A stretch of 64,000 bases of DNA from Eledone cirrhosa (Eukaryota), in the NCBI GenBank assembly GCA_964016885.1, contig OZ024741.1:64666001-64730000 (forward strand), in the 5' to 3' direction. The notes beneath the pieces are model-generated. The model saw only the letters and a list, made by a program, of their open reading frames with translations. It ran no database searches and was not told where the DNA came from. Position 1 is the stretch's first letter; each line of letters opens with the position of its first letter. The position numbers and the translations under genes were made by a program. Shown here one piece after another: positions 42,400 to 56,700 of the stretch.

Positions 42400-43095
42400 A
42401 ATGTCAACAGCGATTTGCGTTGGACAAAGCACACCTCTAAAATTGTCAAGAAGACCGAGGGTGTCTTAGCATCACTCAGTAAGACCTTTTGTCAGCTGTC
42501 TATTTAAAACTGTATATAGCTATAGTGCGTCCTCACTTAGAATTTACATCACCTGTCTGGGACCCCTATCTTGCTCAGAATATTAATCTAGAAACTGTTC
42601 AGAGACGAACAACCAAACGAATACCCTCCATCAAGCATCTACCATACTCTGAACGCTATGCTGCCCTGGGCATGGATTCATTAAAGCTCTGACATCAGGC
42701 ACATGACTTCGTAGACACCCACAAGATTATTAACTATCTTTCCAACAACAACCCTGAATACCTTTTTGAATTTCATGTCTCACCCCCGTGGACATGCTTA
42801 CAAAATCAGAAAACAGTACTGCTCCCGTGACTTTCGGAAACATTTTTTCATGCTCAGTGTTGCTGAAATATGGAACAAACTATATGTATCAGTTATTAGC
42901 TGTCGGGACACTGTATCCTTCAAAATTTCCATGCTTCCCGAAATTCGCCAACACCATACACATGCTTGCATGTCTCTGTGTGTATTTCATGCACTCTTCA
43001 CTTTCCTGACATTTGTACATTATTCTATGTACTATACATGTACCGTTGATGAGCTGTAGTGCACCTGAGCACCATTCATAACCATAATAAACTCT
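42400..43095 (+). pseudogene. CR1-clade LINE 3' fragment
   Basis: Diverged copy of 62120-63005 (YIAIVRPHLEF, ETVQRR, RGHAYKI). Confidence 0.85.
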
Positions 43096-43574
43096 ATAAG
43101 GCGGTGAATTGAGTCGTTAGAAGGTCAGATAGAATGCTATGTGGCATTCGTCTTGGCTCTACGCGCTCTAAGAAATCAACTTTGCCTTTCACTTTTTCGT
43201 GGTCGATAAAAAAAACGTATCACTGGGGTCGATTCTTCCTCTATTTCACGCACACTTCTCTGTAAGAAATTGGCTGTGTTGAGAACTAGAGAGAAATAGT
43301 CTCTGCTAGGTTTAAATGCCCAGGAAGCGCCAATGTCGCTACAACGTCCCCACGACTCCATCAGGAGTTATGGGTCCATATATACATAATAAATTCTAAT
43401 ATATCTTTTGTACATTGAAAATTTGTATAGAAATACATTGATTCTTTAAGATTCATTGACAGTCTAGTATAGTTCAAATCATTGGTAATTATTAGATCGC
43501 GGACATAAGATGGAGATTAAATCGCATAGCAAAAAAAAAAAAAAGGGGGGGGGGGTTTACAAAAAAAAAAAACC

Positions 43575-43835
43575 TATTTTATCGGCGATCGAGACGTTTG
43601 TGTGAGCTGAACCGCAGATAGCGAAGTTCTTGTCATTGTTGGCAGCTCGCCATACTAACATATCAGGCTACGCTTGCTTGCAAGGGTGCTTTGTCATCCC
43701 AGCGCCATAGCCTCGTTATTGCCCACGGCAATGCTGCAAGTGTGTTTGGTTTGCTTCAAAAATGATTAGAGGGAAAAGGGAAAGAAACTCCATCGTCTTT
43801 CCCCTTTTACTTTTATTAATTTTTTTTTTTTTTCT
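43575..43835 (+). pseudogene. Short CRE 3' fragment
   Basis: AIETF...QRHSLVIAHGNAASV matches the CRE C-terminus. Confidence 0.55.
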
Positions 43836-43871
43836 TACACACCATTTGCGTATGGAATAAAATATCTTGTT

Positions 43872-44053
43872 GCCAAAGTATCGGTAGAGGGTCGGATGCC
43901 ATGCTTTGCAGCAAAGAGTTACGGCCCTTTATGGTCTGAGTTCAAATCCCGCCGAGGTTAACTTTGCCTTTCATCCTTACGGGGTCAATAAAATAAAGTA
44001 CCAGTAATACACTGTGATAATTGCTGGCCTTGTGCCAAAAGTAGAAACAATTA
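43872..44053 (+). mobile_element. SINE family B, near full length
   Basis: GTATCGGTAGAG; GAGTTCAAATCCCGCC; central domain and tail as in other copies. Confidence 0.88.
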
Positions 44054-44384
44054 TATTCCAGTGTTGTTTTTTTAAAGAAGGAAATGTTACACTGAGTAAT
44101 GTTCTAGATATATTATGTTCGAAAGAAGGGGGCGACAGAGTAGACACAGCTGAAATGTTTTCGGTTATAAGTCTGCTCGATCAGGTTTGACCCGGAAATA
44201 AAACAAGGCTTTGATCTTCTCCAGAAAACCAATATTTTATTGCCGTCTTGATGATCTTTCGTATATGTATATCTCAAATTTGTAGAATAGAAACACAAGA
44301 TTCAGCGACGTTTATACATTTTTCAATTGAATCAGTAAAGATAAGAAAATAAAACAGTTATGTGATGTGGTAAATAAATATGCA

Positions 44385-44569
44385 CGGTATTTCCCGGCGT
44401 CGAAGACGCTACTTTTTTCCTAAAATAAGTCTAAAAAATCTACCATGCGTCCTGGAGGCCGAAGGTTGTTTATCATTTTTTTTTTTTTTTTTTTTTTTCA
44501 AATTTTTGGTTGTCCAAATTAGGGTGCGTCCTCGATGACGAAGCGTCATCGGCGCCGGGAAATATGGTA
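44385..44569. mobile_element. Tc1/mariner-superfamily (Tc2/pogo-like) MITE
   Basis: TIRs CGGTATTTCCCGGCG / CGCCGGGAAATATGG, followed by TA. Confidence 0.7.
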
Positions 44570-44940
44570 CATATACACCAGGTCTGAATACAATGGAACC
44601 ATAATGGGGAGAATGGGAGAGACGAAGCCAGTGACAGATAAGAAAGTTATTACCAGGAATACTGGTTTTTGTTTTACTTTGTCAAATAAAACTCAGTATA
44701 TATCTAAGGCTTATCGTTTTTAATAGGATAAAAGAGAACGCCGATTGTGGAAATCCAAACATTAAAAGAAACGAATTAAACACGTTAAAATATACAATGA
44801 ACTACTTCTCTAAAATGAAAAATGCGATTTTAAAAACATTTAAAAGTTACAATAGAGTTACCTCCCCTACATTTATACCTTTACATGTCCTTAATTTCAT
44901 GTTATTAACCAACGCCTATAATAAATATTTCATTAGAGCA

Positions 44941-45501
44941 TCTATATACGTATATATAAAACGGAGGATGTCTGTCTGTGTGTGTGTGAGTTTGAATCCC
45001 TAAAACTAGAGAAGCACCCAACCGACTGTTTTCAAACACTTATGTTTCAGGGAGTGTTCTGAGCAAAATTTTTTTTCAAATTTTCAATGCCCTAGGGACC
45101 GCATTAAGCGATCTTTCTCTATAATTCTTAGTCTTTCTCTTTTTAGATAGATACATACATATAACGTCGCGCCCTTATACTATCTGTCTGCATTACGTCA
45201 CTTCCTACAATTCGCTCTGCGTCCAGAACGCGCCCTTATAATATCTGTCTGTATGTCTGGCTGTCTGCTGCCTCCGGTTATTCTGCCACCCTTGCTCAAG
45301 ACAAATCTCACACTCATTCCCCAAACAGTTGGTAAGTGCACACAACTTTTTCCTCACGTTTTAAGTCACACTGTTGCTTACTTACGTACCACCAGACCCT
45401 TACTTCTTTGCCAGCTGTGGTTGTGGCAATACTAAACTTAGCTAAGGCGGTTATATATTTCACAATACCTTATCCCGTGCAACGCCGGGTACCACTGCTA
45501 G
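44941..45501 (+). mobile_element. Non-autonomous Helitron
   Basis: Inserted between A and T; 5' TCTATATAC..TATATAAAA; subterminal hairpin CCCG-TGCAACGC-CGGG; 3' CTAG. Confidence 0.8.
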
Positions 45502-45899
45502 TATACTATATTTGAGCAGTAGAACTCTCTGAAATCATACTCCAACAGGCAATAGATTCTACTAAATGGTATAATCTATCACCGAATAAAAAAAAAAAAA
45601 AAAAAAAAAAAATTCTCTATGGTTATCAAGTTTCCATATTATGCAGGGCTGAATTTCCTTGTTTCTATATATGTTGCTTGGCATAGAGTTCGGTAGTGTT
45701 AAAGGGACGAGAAATAAATATCTAAATGTGGAGGAATTTAATCTATTGCAGGCAACTATTCATGTGGGAACTGATACCTTTTATTGTTCTGAGTTCAAAA
45801 TTAAATATAAATTATTTTCTCTTTTTCAATATGGAGCATATAAAACACGTCCCATCAAAAGTTACTTATCTTTTTAATAAAATAACTGGAACAAGATTC

Positions 45900-46250
45900 G
45901 TACATTCAAACACACGCCATAACAAACGTTGCGAGAGTTACCCTCTGAAGCATGGAACAAACTACCTGCATCAGTTGGTAGCGGAGACACTGCATCCTTT
46001 TAAATCTCCATGCATCCTGAAATTCACCAACACTACACCTGATATCCCCCCTCCATACACACGCACATGACTAATACACTGTTCACTTTTCTGACATTTG
46101 TACGTTGATAAAATAAAGTACCACTAATGTACTGGGTAATTGCTGGCCTTGTGCCAAAAGTAGAAACAATTATTCTATGTACTATACATGCACCTTTGAC
46201 GAGTTGTAGTGCACCTGAGCACTGTACACAATAATTTCATTATTATTATT
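45900..46250 (+). pseudogene. CR1 3' end with a nested SINE-B tail (46105-46173)
   Basis: Matches ~62610-62990; the SINE interrupts CATTTGTAC|ATTATTCTATG. Confidence 0.75.
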
Positions 46251-48846
46251 TTTTTAATTAATGTTTCTGAGGCAAGCCAACATACTCTCAGCATTGCGAA
46301 GTCAATTAATTACCGGTATAATACCAGTGGCATTTACACCTATTTTGATGTTATTTTTATTGGCAAAACTATTGAACACATCAAACTTGGTGAAATTTGT
46401 TTCAGAAACTAAGGTTAAATATTACTTTAAACAGTGACAAATGTTTCTCCCATCGAGAAATTTCCATTTGTTGTGTAAAATAAATGCGATTGACGCACTT
46501 CGTGTTGAATTGATGGTTTTTTTCTTTTCTCTCTCTTTGATTTTTATGTATTATTTTTATAAGGTTCCCAGCAATAATTAATTGATTATATGTATGTACT
46601 TCTATTTAATCTTAAATATTTATATGAAAATAAATATAAAACTACCCCAAATAGAGTATTTATTAAATTCTGACCCAGAAAGATTGTAACCCCTTGTGGA
46701 TTACCTGAAGCTTAGAAATGTTAAATAACTTCAACGATTACTAGATTTGCTTAGTCACTATTTTAAATAGGTGTCTTTTCTCTTGGAACTCATTCAACCT
46801 CTACTACATCCTAGTTTTTCAGAGAGAAAGACTCCGAGATGCTGTTCATCTGTTCAACATTAATAAATTGATACGCTTTTCTCGTCCATGTTGAAAGTGA
46901 TGCTTCTAGAACTATAATCTTGAATGTAGTTTAATGTAATAAATCCATAATTTTCTTCTCCAGAATTCTTTCTTACGCTGAACACAATCTCTCATCATAG
47001 CTATGGTTATTATATGTAGAAAGAGTTAGAAAATGTCAAAACTTTTTACTTCCAGGTCATTTCACATTATCCACTGATCAACAATTGATCTCATTCATAT
47101 TTAGTCACAAATGGAGAGAAACATTGAAGAATGGTAAAATTCTTCAATGGTTTCAACCATTTGGACCAGGGAAGAATTGTGCGGTGGCTGTTGCAGCAGG
47201 TGTTGTTGGCCATTGTTTGCGGGGCGCAACCAAAACACTGCTTCACCCTAGGCATAGAGCCTGTCACTCTCTTTCTTCCGTGGCCTAATAGTCCTTGTTT
47301 TTTCCCTTCCTTTTCCTCTCATTTATGGTCCTTTCCTCTACAGCCAGATCTGCCCTTCTTTACCCCTTTTCCCTTTTTTCATTTATTTTGTTTTTATCTT
47401 TTTTTTTTCATATTTCCATCATTGTATAACTTCTTTTTGTAAAATATAGTTGACATAATGTTTATGTATAACATAACAAAATAAAATGTTTATTCTCTTT
47501 GTGAAAAAAAAAAAGTCATAGGTTATATTTGAACCTAAGAAGATAATGGAGTGTTAAACTTGGCAATACATTAGTGTTTCACACAGTGCACATCTCATAA
47601 GTTTTAACAGTTTTCATTTACCTAACTTCACCTACAAGCCTTGTGTTCACCTGATGCTATGTAGCAGCATGGAACCATGAAACAATGAAGCAAACTTCTT
47701 AACTGTACAGCCATGTCTCTAAATACATTGGATACACCACAATTGCCATGAAAGGAAGGAATGGAAAGCATTCCACTGACACATGTACCCTTAATTCTTA
47801 AGGAGATTTAGCTTGACTGTGACAAGGATGGCTTTTTGAATTACTGGTACAATTCACCCAACAGACTTCCAAACAGTTTCATTCTACCCAATTTCACTTA
47901 CAAGTCTTGAGTCTACCCTGAAGCTATGATAAACGACACTTGCCTATAATGCCACACACTGGGATCGAACCCGGGATCTAATGATTGTGAAGCAAACTTC
48001 TTAACCATTCGTCCACACAATCCCTATGACAGGCTATAACTTGCCAAACACTAGGCTTGTTGTCTTCTAACCAGATCTCAGCTGCCTCAGTTTCATTACA
48101 GGCAATGTATGTATGGACCCGTTCCTGATGAAGTCATAGGGGTGTTGGAACATTTTAAGACTGGTAGCAGATTTCTTCCAGAGTATGATAGAGAGTGAGA
48201 GAGATATAGAGGAAGAATCGACTACAGTACTCTGCTGGTATGTTTTTTTATCAACCTCGAAAGGATGAAAGACAAAGTTGACCTCATCAGGATTTTAACT
48301 CAGAAAGCAGAGAGCCAGAACAAATACTGCAAAGCATTCTATCCAATGTTCTAATGATTCATTATGGGCAATACTGTACAGCAAATCAAAGAAAGATATG
48401 CTACATTCATAAAATCTTTAGTCTTAATTGTATAAGAATTGTTATTCAGTCAGGGATCAGCCCTGATTAAATATCTTCTTCACTCACCTCCTTGAGAGAG
48501 CCTTCAAACACTCCTTCTAGATGGTCCTCTCAGAACTGACTATTTCCAAATCATCTGGTTAGGTCCCCAAGCAAGACCAACTGAGATTAAGAATGTTATC
48601 CAACCATCTTGCTTGTTGCCTCCCTCTGAATATTACCACTACCCTGTTACTCTTTTGTCCTTCAGACAGTTTATCTACGACTTCATCATCCAATGTGTCT
48701 CTCCTCTCCAAACGTAACTTTTAACATCATATGATTTAATAGAAAATGTCTAAAAATGGGGTATCTTAATTCAAATGTTAATAGTATCTTTACTAGTGGA
48801 CAGATCATTCTAACATTTTGCAGTATTAGAATGAAGACTTAAAAGT

Positions 48847-49036
48847 TTAACCCTTTAGCAATTTACATTACTCTCTATATATTATTGTATTTTCGTGGTA
48901 AAGGCTTTATCTCAAATATTAAATCTATGAGATTTTGAGAATACCTCAGTATGAGTGGCTAGTTACAGCCGGTTTGAACAGAAAGAGGTGAGAGAATTTT
49001 GGCTGGATACAGCTGGTTTAAATGCTCAAGGGTTAA
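48847..49036. mobile_element. TTAA-flanked (piggyBac-like) MITE
   Basis: TTAA-CCCTTTAGCA...TGCTCAAGGG-TTAA; related copy at 63585-63844. Confidence 0.75.
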
Positions 49037-50019
49037 TATGATGCAGTTATAGTGTTTTGTACATTTTAATATCTTTCTTGTGCAGTTGTATGGCGTATAG
49101 GATGTTAAGAGTTTAACAATGGGGTATGATTTATTTGCTATTTCTGGCAGGTTGGGCAAGTAATAAGAGGCTCCACCATTGGTTGTTTAGGAATAATTTA
49201 TGGCATATAGTCAAATTTGTATCAGTACAAGAATTCGTACTGTTTAAAATTGGGTAAGGAAACATGTGAGAATGGGAATTTGAAGAGGGTTTTAATAATG
49301 GTTTCTGATTTAGGCACAAGGCCAGCAATTTGGGGAGGAAAGGGAAAGTTGATTAAATCGACCCCAATACATTACTGGTACTTTATTTTATCACTCGCGT
49401 AAGGACGAACAGAGGAGGGTTTTAATAATGAACAAACTTGCTGTAGTTTCACACATTTGTTAAATATCAGTTCCCCTACACAAATATAAAAGTTTCCATA
49501 CATGGAATTGATAACACTAGTGTTACCTCACAGATATTGGCTGGATTGGAATTGGAATACAATTCTTTTATTGGTTTCATTCATATTCAGTCAGTGTTAT
49601 CCAACCTTAGTACTTATTTTAGTATTCATTTCCTGACCTCTATTTATAAAAAAACTCATCATATTGAGTTATTCCCCCATTGAAGGAGTTACTTCTTTTA
49701 CAGACATAAAAACCACAGATTTGCAAACACAAAGGTTTCCATACAGGTCCTGTCAACCAACTGAATCATCATATTGTGTTATGTCATCATTAAAGGACTT
49801 AATACTGCATATACAGATGTATATACGCACACACAAGGCTTCCATATATTTTCTGCCAACCAATCAAATCTCACTCATAAGACATTGGTTAACATAAAGC
49901 TATATTAGAAGACACAAGCCACCAGTGCAATACAGTGGAACTGATTCAGAGAGTTTCAGCAAATAAACCATAAAAAATATCGATGCAAGCATCATTTGTC
50001 AATGGAATTTAATATAACT

Positions 50020-50315
50020 GTGCATTTTATTATGGCTCCAGCAGTAACATTTTACAGAGTATACTGGGTGCATTTTATCATGGAACCAGCATATTCACTT
50101 TACAGAGTATACTGAGTGCATTTTATCATGGAACAAGCACTAATATTTTACAGAGTAAACTGGGTGTATTTTATCATGGAACCAGTATTACCCCTTTACA
50201 GAGTGTATCAGGAGCATTTTATCATGGTATCAATACTACCACTTTACAGTATACTATGTGCATTTTGTCATAGCACCAGTATTAACACTTTCCAAAGTGA
50301 ATTGGATGCATTTTA
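50020..50315. repeat. ~48-bp minisatellite, ~6 diverged units
   Basis: Unit TTACAGAGTATACTGGGTGCATTTTATCATGGAACCAGCA... Confidence 0.85.
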
Positions 50316-50955
50316 TTTTAGTTTAAAAAGTATATTTTGTGATGTAACACTCATCATCTAATGGTGAATGGAGATTAAACTGTTTGAAACTTGTTGAGAG
50401 AGAAGATGTGAATGAGTGAGAAAGACTCAGAAAATATCTGCCACACAACATTATTGAGTCTGATTATAATATTTGAAAAGATAACAAAAACAAAAATAAA
50501 TAAATATATATATATATATATTTGAAGGCTAATTCCAAATATTTTATTTTTCTAAGATTAATTAATAAAAAAAAAAAAAAATTAAAAACAGGGCAATTCA
50601 CTTTTCAAAAACCCCGAGTTCAATGCCTTTGGCTGTACATCACAAAATATATATGTATGCATGGAATTTCTCCTTTTAAATTCTAAATATATATGTAAGT
50701 ATATATTATATATATGCATAATTATGTACACACAGACAGTAAGAGAAAAAGCTTATTTCTTTTGTTTATACATTTCATATACAAATTTATTATTTTTTCA
50801 AAAATTGTCTAAACAGTAAGTAAAATACAATATATATATTTCATATGTGTGTATACACTCACACATACATGAGTGTGTGTTTATATATATATACATACAG
50901 ATACATCTATAATAAATGTAACGAAGGAGTAACCAATCGTCCTTGTTATCTTATT

Positions 50956-51002
<47 letters not shown>

Positions 51003-53707
51003 CTATGTATATATATCTTCATATATATATATATATATGCATCATTATCATCATTGTATATATATATGATGATGATGATACACATACATACACACATATA
51101 GTTGCATCACCAAATTAACAACCTCTAGAACTAATGTTCCCCATTTTGGTAGAAGCTTAGAATCTCACTGAACTGCCTAAATCAAGTAAAATACTTCCAG
51201 AAAAGGCAAATGTCTTTTGGCAGCTGCTAGTGAGTGAGGAAAACTAATTTTTTTTCATGGGAAGAATTATTCTATCCCAGAAATATACAAGATGAAAAAA
51301 CTGTTTATTTACATTTAAAAACAATAATTAAAAAAATCATGTAAGATTTCATTCAATATCACTTTAATATATTTCTTAAATGTATTTTTGATGCCCTTTA
51401 ACAGTTTTCCTATTGAAAAAAAAGGTGTGTGTGTGTGTTTGTGGTCTCTTACTCAAACATCCATTAGGTAAAGCATAAACAGAATGGCTCAAATGTTGAA
51501 GAGCTTCTATATCAAGGGGTGGGAAAAAAAATGTTGAATTAACCCTTTCAATACCAATGTGCCCAGAACTGAATCTGGTTCTATGAAACAAAACCACACA
51601 TTTTAAAGGGTTCCTATTTAAATTAAATCTTTTAACATGATTTTATTTAAGAACCCTTTGTTACAAATACAAACTAAATAATGAAACAATAATTTTAGTA
51701 AATCCTTCAAAATTCTTCACTAATTAATTGAAATACAGTATATATCATTAGAAATATAATAAAGAAAGAGTTAAAGAAAATCTTGATTTATCTTATGAAA
51801 CTATTTTGTCATATATTTCATTATTTGTACATTTGTTTTTAATCACCAGGGAGGAAATTAATATAAGGTACTTCATTACCAAACATCTCCCAAAAGATAT
51901 TTTTTATATTATTTAATACTAAAGAGACAGAATTGTAAGTCAGTATCATTAGCAGACTGACAGAATTAATAGTACTCCACATAGCACCTTGTAAGTACTT
52001 AATCATGTCCCCTTTGTTCTGAATTCTAATCTTGCCAAACTTTCTTTTCATTTAATCTGATTTAAGAGAGTTAATAAGAAAGAGAATATCATTTTTATGG
52101 GTGTTGGTTTTGAAAAAAAGAGGGGAAGAAACTGAATAGTGTAATGCATACTCAGTATAAACACTTCTGTCTCAATCACTTCCATCATGTTAATTATTTC
52201 CAAATCAATGTAACATGTGACAAAATCCAGTTTTCTATTGGTAAAAGTACTCGTCAATTAAATATTTTAGTAAAAAGAATGTTCATCTTTGTGTAAAAAG
52301 AATTAAATTTCATTGAGTAAAATTTCATTAGAAATATTAAAATATTGAATTTTAAAATGTATGTACTTTACTGTAAAAATTAACATTAAGTAAATGGAGT
52401 TATTATCACAGAGGTTTCCAAACTATGTTGTTGATAATATAGAGGTGGACCGTGAAATTAAGTTAAAATCTGATTAACTTTTACAAATATTTGGCTGTGA
52501 AATATATTCAAGATCTGACAATTCTGCATACACTTAGACACATGACTATATATAACATTTAATTGTTTATTTAATTTCATCTTTTTGACAACCTTAGACT
52601 TATCAAGTAGAAAGAATTAGGAAGGGAGATAATCAGTCTATTGATTTATAGTTACTTAACTAAATTGTTGGAAATAATTAAAAAATATATAAATACCAAG
52701 TATTTAAAAACAAAAAGAAAAATACAGACACACACACACACACACACACACACACATTTTTTGTTACAAGTTTTTTTTTAAAAACATCTTCATTGTTAAA
52801 TAGCTTGAAAGATTTACTTAAAAAGGTATGTAATGATTTATTTCTATATCAAATTTTTTTTTTTGCTGCTGTGTTCTGTTCAGCAGTACATAGTTAGACA
52901 CAGTATCAATACTTCTACTGAATAATATTAATGACATCCCTGTCTTTATCAAGCTAATATTTAAAAAAAATGTCTCCAGATATCACATTTGCCAATAAGA
53001 ATAATAGTTTTTATATCAGTACCAATTATAGAATGAATTAAGAAACATTCATTTGTGTAATTCATACCACGATATCATGTTATAAATTTGGTCTCCTATA
53101 ACAATACCACACTACTGCTACCAGCATGAAAGAAATTGGTTAAGTTTTCAAGCCACTATTTTGTGTTAATAAGTTGTGTGTTAAACAGTTTGATTTGATT
53201 AAATGTCTCCTCACACTTTACATTTTTTTTTTTAATTTAAAGCTGCAATAGTCATTTGAACAAAAAATTGTTTTTGTGTTAAATTTTTTTTCATTCACCT
53301 TCTGATAATGGAAAAAAAATCATTATGAAGAAACTGATGTCTAACTTTTTTTTTATTAAAAAAATATACTTTTAGTATATTTTTAACATTATTTCATCAG
53401 TATTTTCAATCATAAATATTTTATAAATTAAACTTTCAGAAATTATTTTCATATTTTTTTAATAGGTTAGTCAGAAGGAAGAGCAGTTATATGGTCTCTA
53501 AGAATGGTGGAGGGAAATGGAGGAGGACACCAGAATTCACAGCTAGCTGCCTTAGAAAGCAGTGTATGGCGATCTGATACCAAAGATGATGTTGAACTAA
53601 GTGACAGATTAAGTCTACCACTCCAATTGTATTGTCCATTTGACAGACTTCTGCAGTTTTCATCGACCCACCCAATTTCACTTACAAGGATTCAGTTATG
53701 CATGTGA

Positions 53708-53749
<42 letters not shown>

Positions 53750-56700
53750 TAGGGAGTCAAGTTACTGTAGGTTCACCAAAATGAGCACTATATATATATA
53801 TATATATATATAGGCAGATTATATTTTATCAAAGTAATAAACTGTGTATATTGGAATGTGCGAAAGTTGAACATTTTTAATATCATTTTAAAATAATTGT
53901 ATAATTAAGGTATATTATCATTTGATTTTTATAAAATTGTCTTGTTATATCTATTGAAAGATAATTCAATCCTTTTAAACAAGAATATATCAATATATCC
54001 CACACTTAATACTATGAATGCTAAAGCGGTAGTGAACTCAATAAAATTCCCGATACAGATAAAATAGAAAGTTAAAATTATAAAAAAACCAAAAACATTT
54101 TTTCTACTCTCTTTTCAACCATACATATTTTGGATATACACAAGATTACTGAACCATGAAATAGTACCACATGATATATAGTGAGGAAAGTCAAACCAAT
54201 CTGCCCAGTAAGTTTTTCTATTTGACTGAATTAAAGACACTTCCAAAAACTCAATGAATAAAAAATATCGATTTCTTAGGAAGAAATGTATGTAGCAGAT
54301 TGGATCAATCCTAGATGGATGAAGGAAAATAAACTCTGGCTGGATTTCAGAGGTATGAAACTAAACATAGTCTGGTACTATTTTTTCTACTCCACTGCCT
54401 TCAGAATCGGTTACCCCCAGCCCAAGATTTAGGCAAATTCAGTTTATATTTCCTTCTAAAATATCACAGATTATTAGAGGTAATTAACAAAAAAAAAAAA
54501 AAAAAGGCGGGGGTCATGAATCATAGGTGGAATTGTTAAGTCCCAGCCCCTAAGTCCTGTGATCAAAAGCATTCCAGCATGACCATCTTCTCTCCACCTC
54601 CCCTCCAGAAAGTATCTAATACTATGTTATTAAAAGGAGTATTCCTTTTTAAGAAGGTAAGGTGTGATTTGAAGGAGATTTAGCTGCTAAATTGAGTGAC
54701 CGGGCAGAAGCTAAAGAAGTTTATTGGCCTGGTACTTAATCCCAGTTTCAGTGGTGTCATGCAGAGTTTCAAATCTCCCTGATCGGTGATGCTATTCCAG
54801 CATACATCATAACTTCATCAGAAAGCCTGCCTGGTATACATTCACCCAGTAGGCAAACTGAAACGAATCAAATTAATAATTTTATCCAGAGACTCAGTGA
54901 CTTGTTTAGTGATATATGAACTCAAGGTCTATGACTTTTATCATATCCAGTTGACCATTAAAGTTCTTTTTTTAAATAAAATTTGAAGCTGTACATTAGT
55001 ACTTGCTGCATATGAGACAATCATATATAAACTTCAGGACAAGAAAATATCCAAGTAAAAGATAAACTTCATAAACAACCGAAGCCTGACGCAATCTTCA
55101 GTAAATAAATTTGATTTAATAAATCAATATATTTTCTCTTCCGATGGGCTTCATTACCTAAATTGTTAATTCAGATTTGCTGAGTTAACACCCTGCATTG
55201 CCATCTTAAGAGCTTCTTAAGTTATTAATACTACTCCTATTGCTACTACTACAACTACTAGTTCTTTTAGATTAATAGATTAAAATTCAGATAACGAACT
55301 TTAATTCCAGATAAGTTTGTAAAAATATTAAATACCACTCAATTTTAGTACCATATGTCTTATCCATATTCATGACTAACTTACAGAAATAACTAAAACA
55401 CACACACAATAGCAATCTTTATACAGTTCAATATAGCATTTTCAAAGGTCACATACACACACAGCTTCTAAATAATTCTTAAATGAAGAAAAATAACTAT
55501 TGAGTTAGAGAATATTAAAGATGAAAAAAAAAAAATCATTAAGTTAGTAAACTGCAGTAGTATCATGTAATGAGTCTTTTCACTAATTAATGGTGACTGA
55601 TAGTTAAACTATGAAGGCACATGTACATCAACTTGAAATTAATTGTATACAATTGATTTTAAGTATTTCAACACTGCATGACAGAAAATTGAGGCTAAAG
55701 ACTTCTTTATTGATAGGGAGTGAGTGAAAGTATATATATATAATGTGTTGGTACATCTCAAGCAACACATTTTTATACATGGTGGGTTTTGTAGTAGTCA
55801 TAAATCTTTTAGCTCATTTCAGTCTACTCTTCTCACCTCACTTCTACTCTGTCTCATTTCACCTCCTATTCCTGCCTGCATAACACTGCCTTGAACTGCA
55901 CACAACTACAACAACTACAAAACCTACTATATATATATATATGCATGAAATGTGTCTTAAAGAATTTAACTTAAGTTAGTATAATATATTATATTATTAT
56001 TAATGCATATTGCATTATAATTATTATTATTATGGATGCTTCTAACTCTTAACTGGATTTAGAAAAAGAAGTTTGTACAAAGCCATTTGAGATGGCTTGT
56101 AGATTAATCATACTGGTAGCAATACATTGTGTGGTATCAAGAGCTCTGGCACAGAGTGGTAGTTGAGAATCATGTCGAGATATTCTTGTCAACTGTGCAA
56201 AATATTAACTGTAAGGTTAAATTTATAGACAATTACAAGAAATCTTGTTTAAAAAAAAGAGATAAAAGTGTCTCCAAGATTGATAAAAAAAATGTTGTGC
56301 AACGACCTGATTGCTTAAATAATTAAGCTAGGTGTAAGCTAGGTCACTATTGTTTTATAGGTAAACAGAATCCCTCAAAAGGTGAGAGAAAGTGTACACA
56401 GGTTTTTCTGAGATTGAGATGTTATTAGTTATAATTTGACTGGGGATGGACAACGGTGAAATATGACCATGACCCAATCATTTCAACTTTGGTAAGTAAG
56501 CACTAGCAGACTTGTGTGCAAATCCTCAAAATCTCAGTTGCCCCTTTTTTCCACCATCTTTCTAGTAGAAGAAATTTTGCACTAGGTTGAATGATGGTTA
56601 AAATGGATGGATTGATCAAAAGAAATGAATGGAAACAAATCAGTCTTGTTTGTTGGGATCCAAACCTGAAAAAATAAGAAAAAAGAGAAAAGTTTTATTT

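Noticed and set aside
50020-50315. CRISPR-like array
   Set aside because: Whole units are similar, with no unique spacers; eukaryotic context and no cas genes
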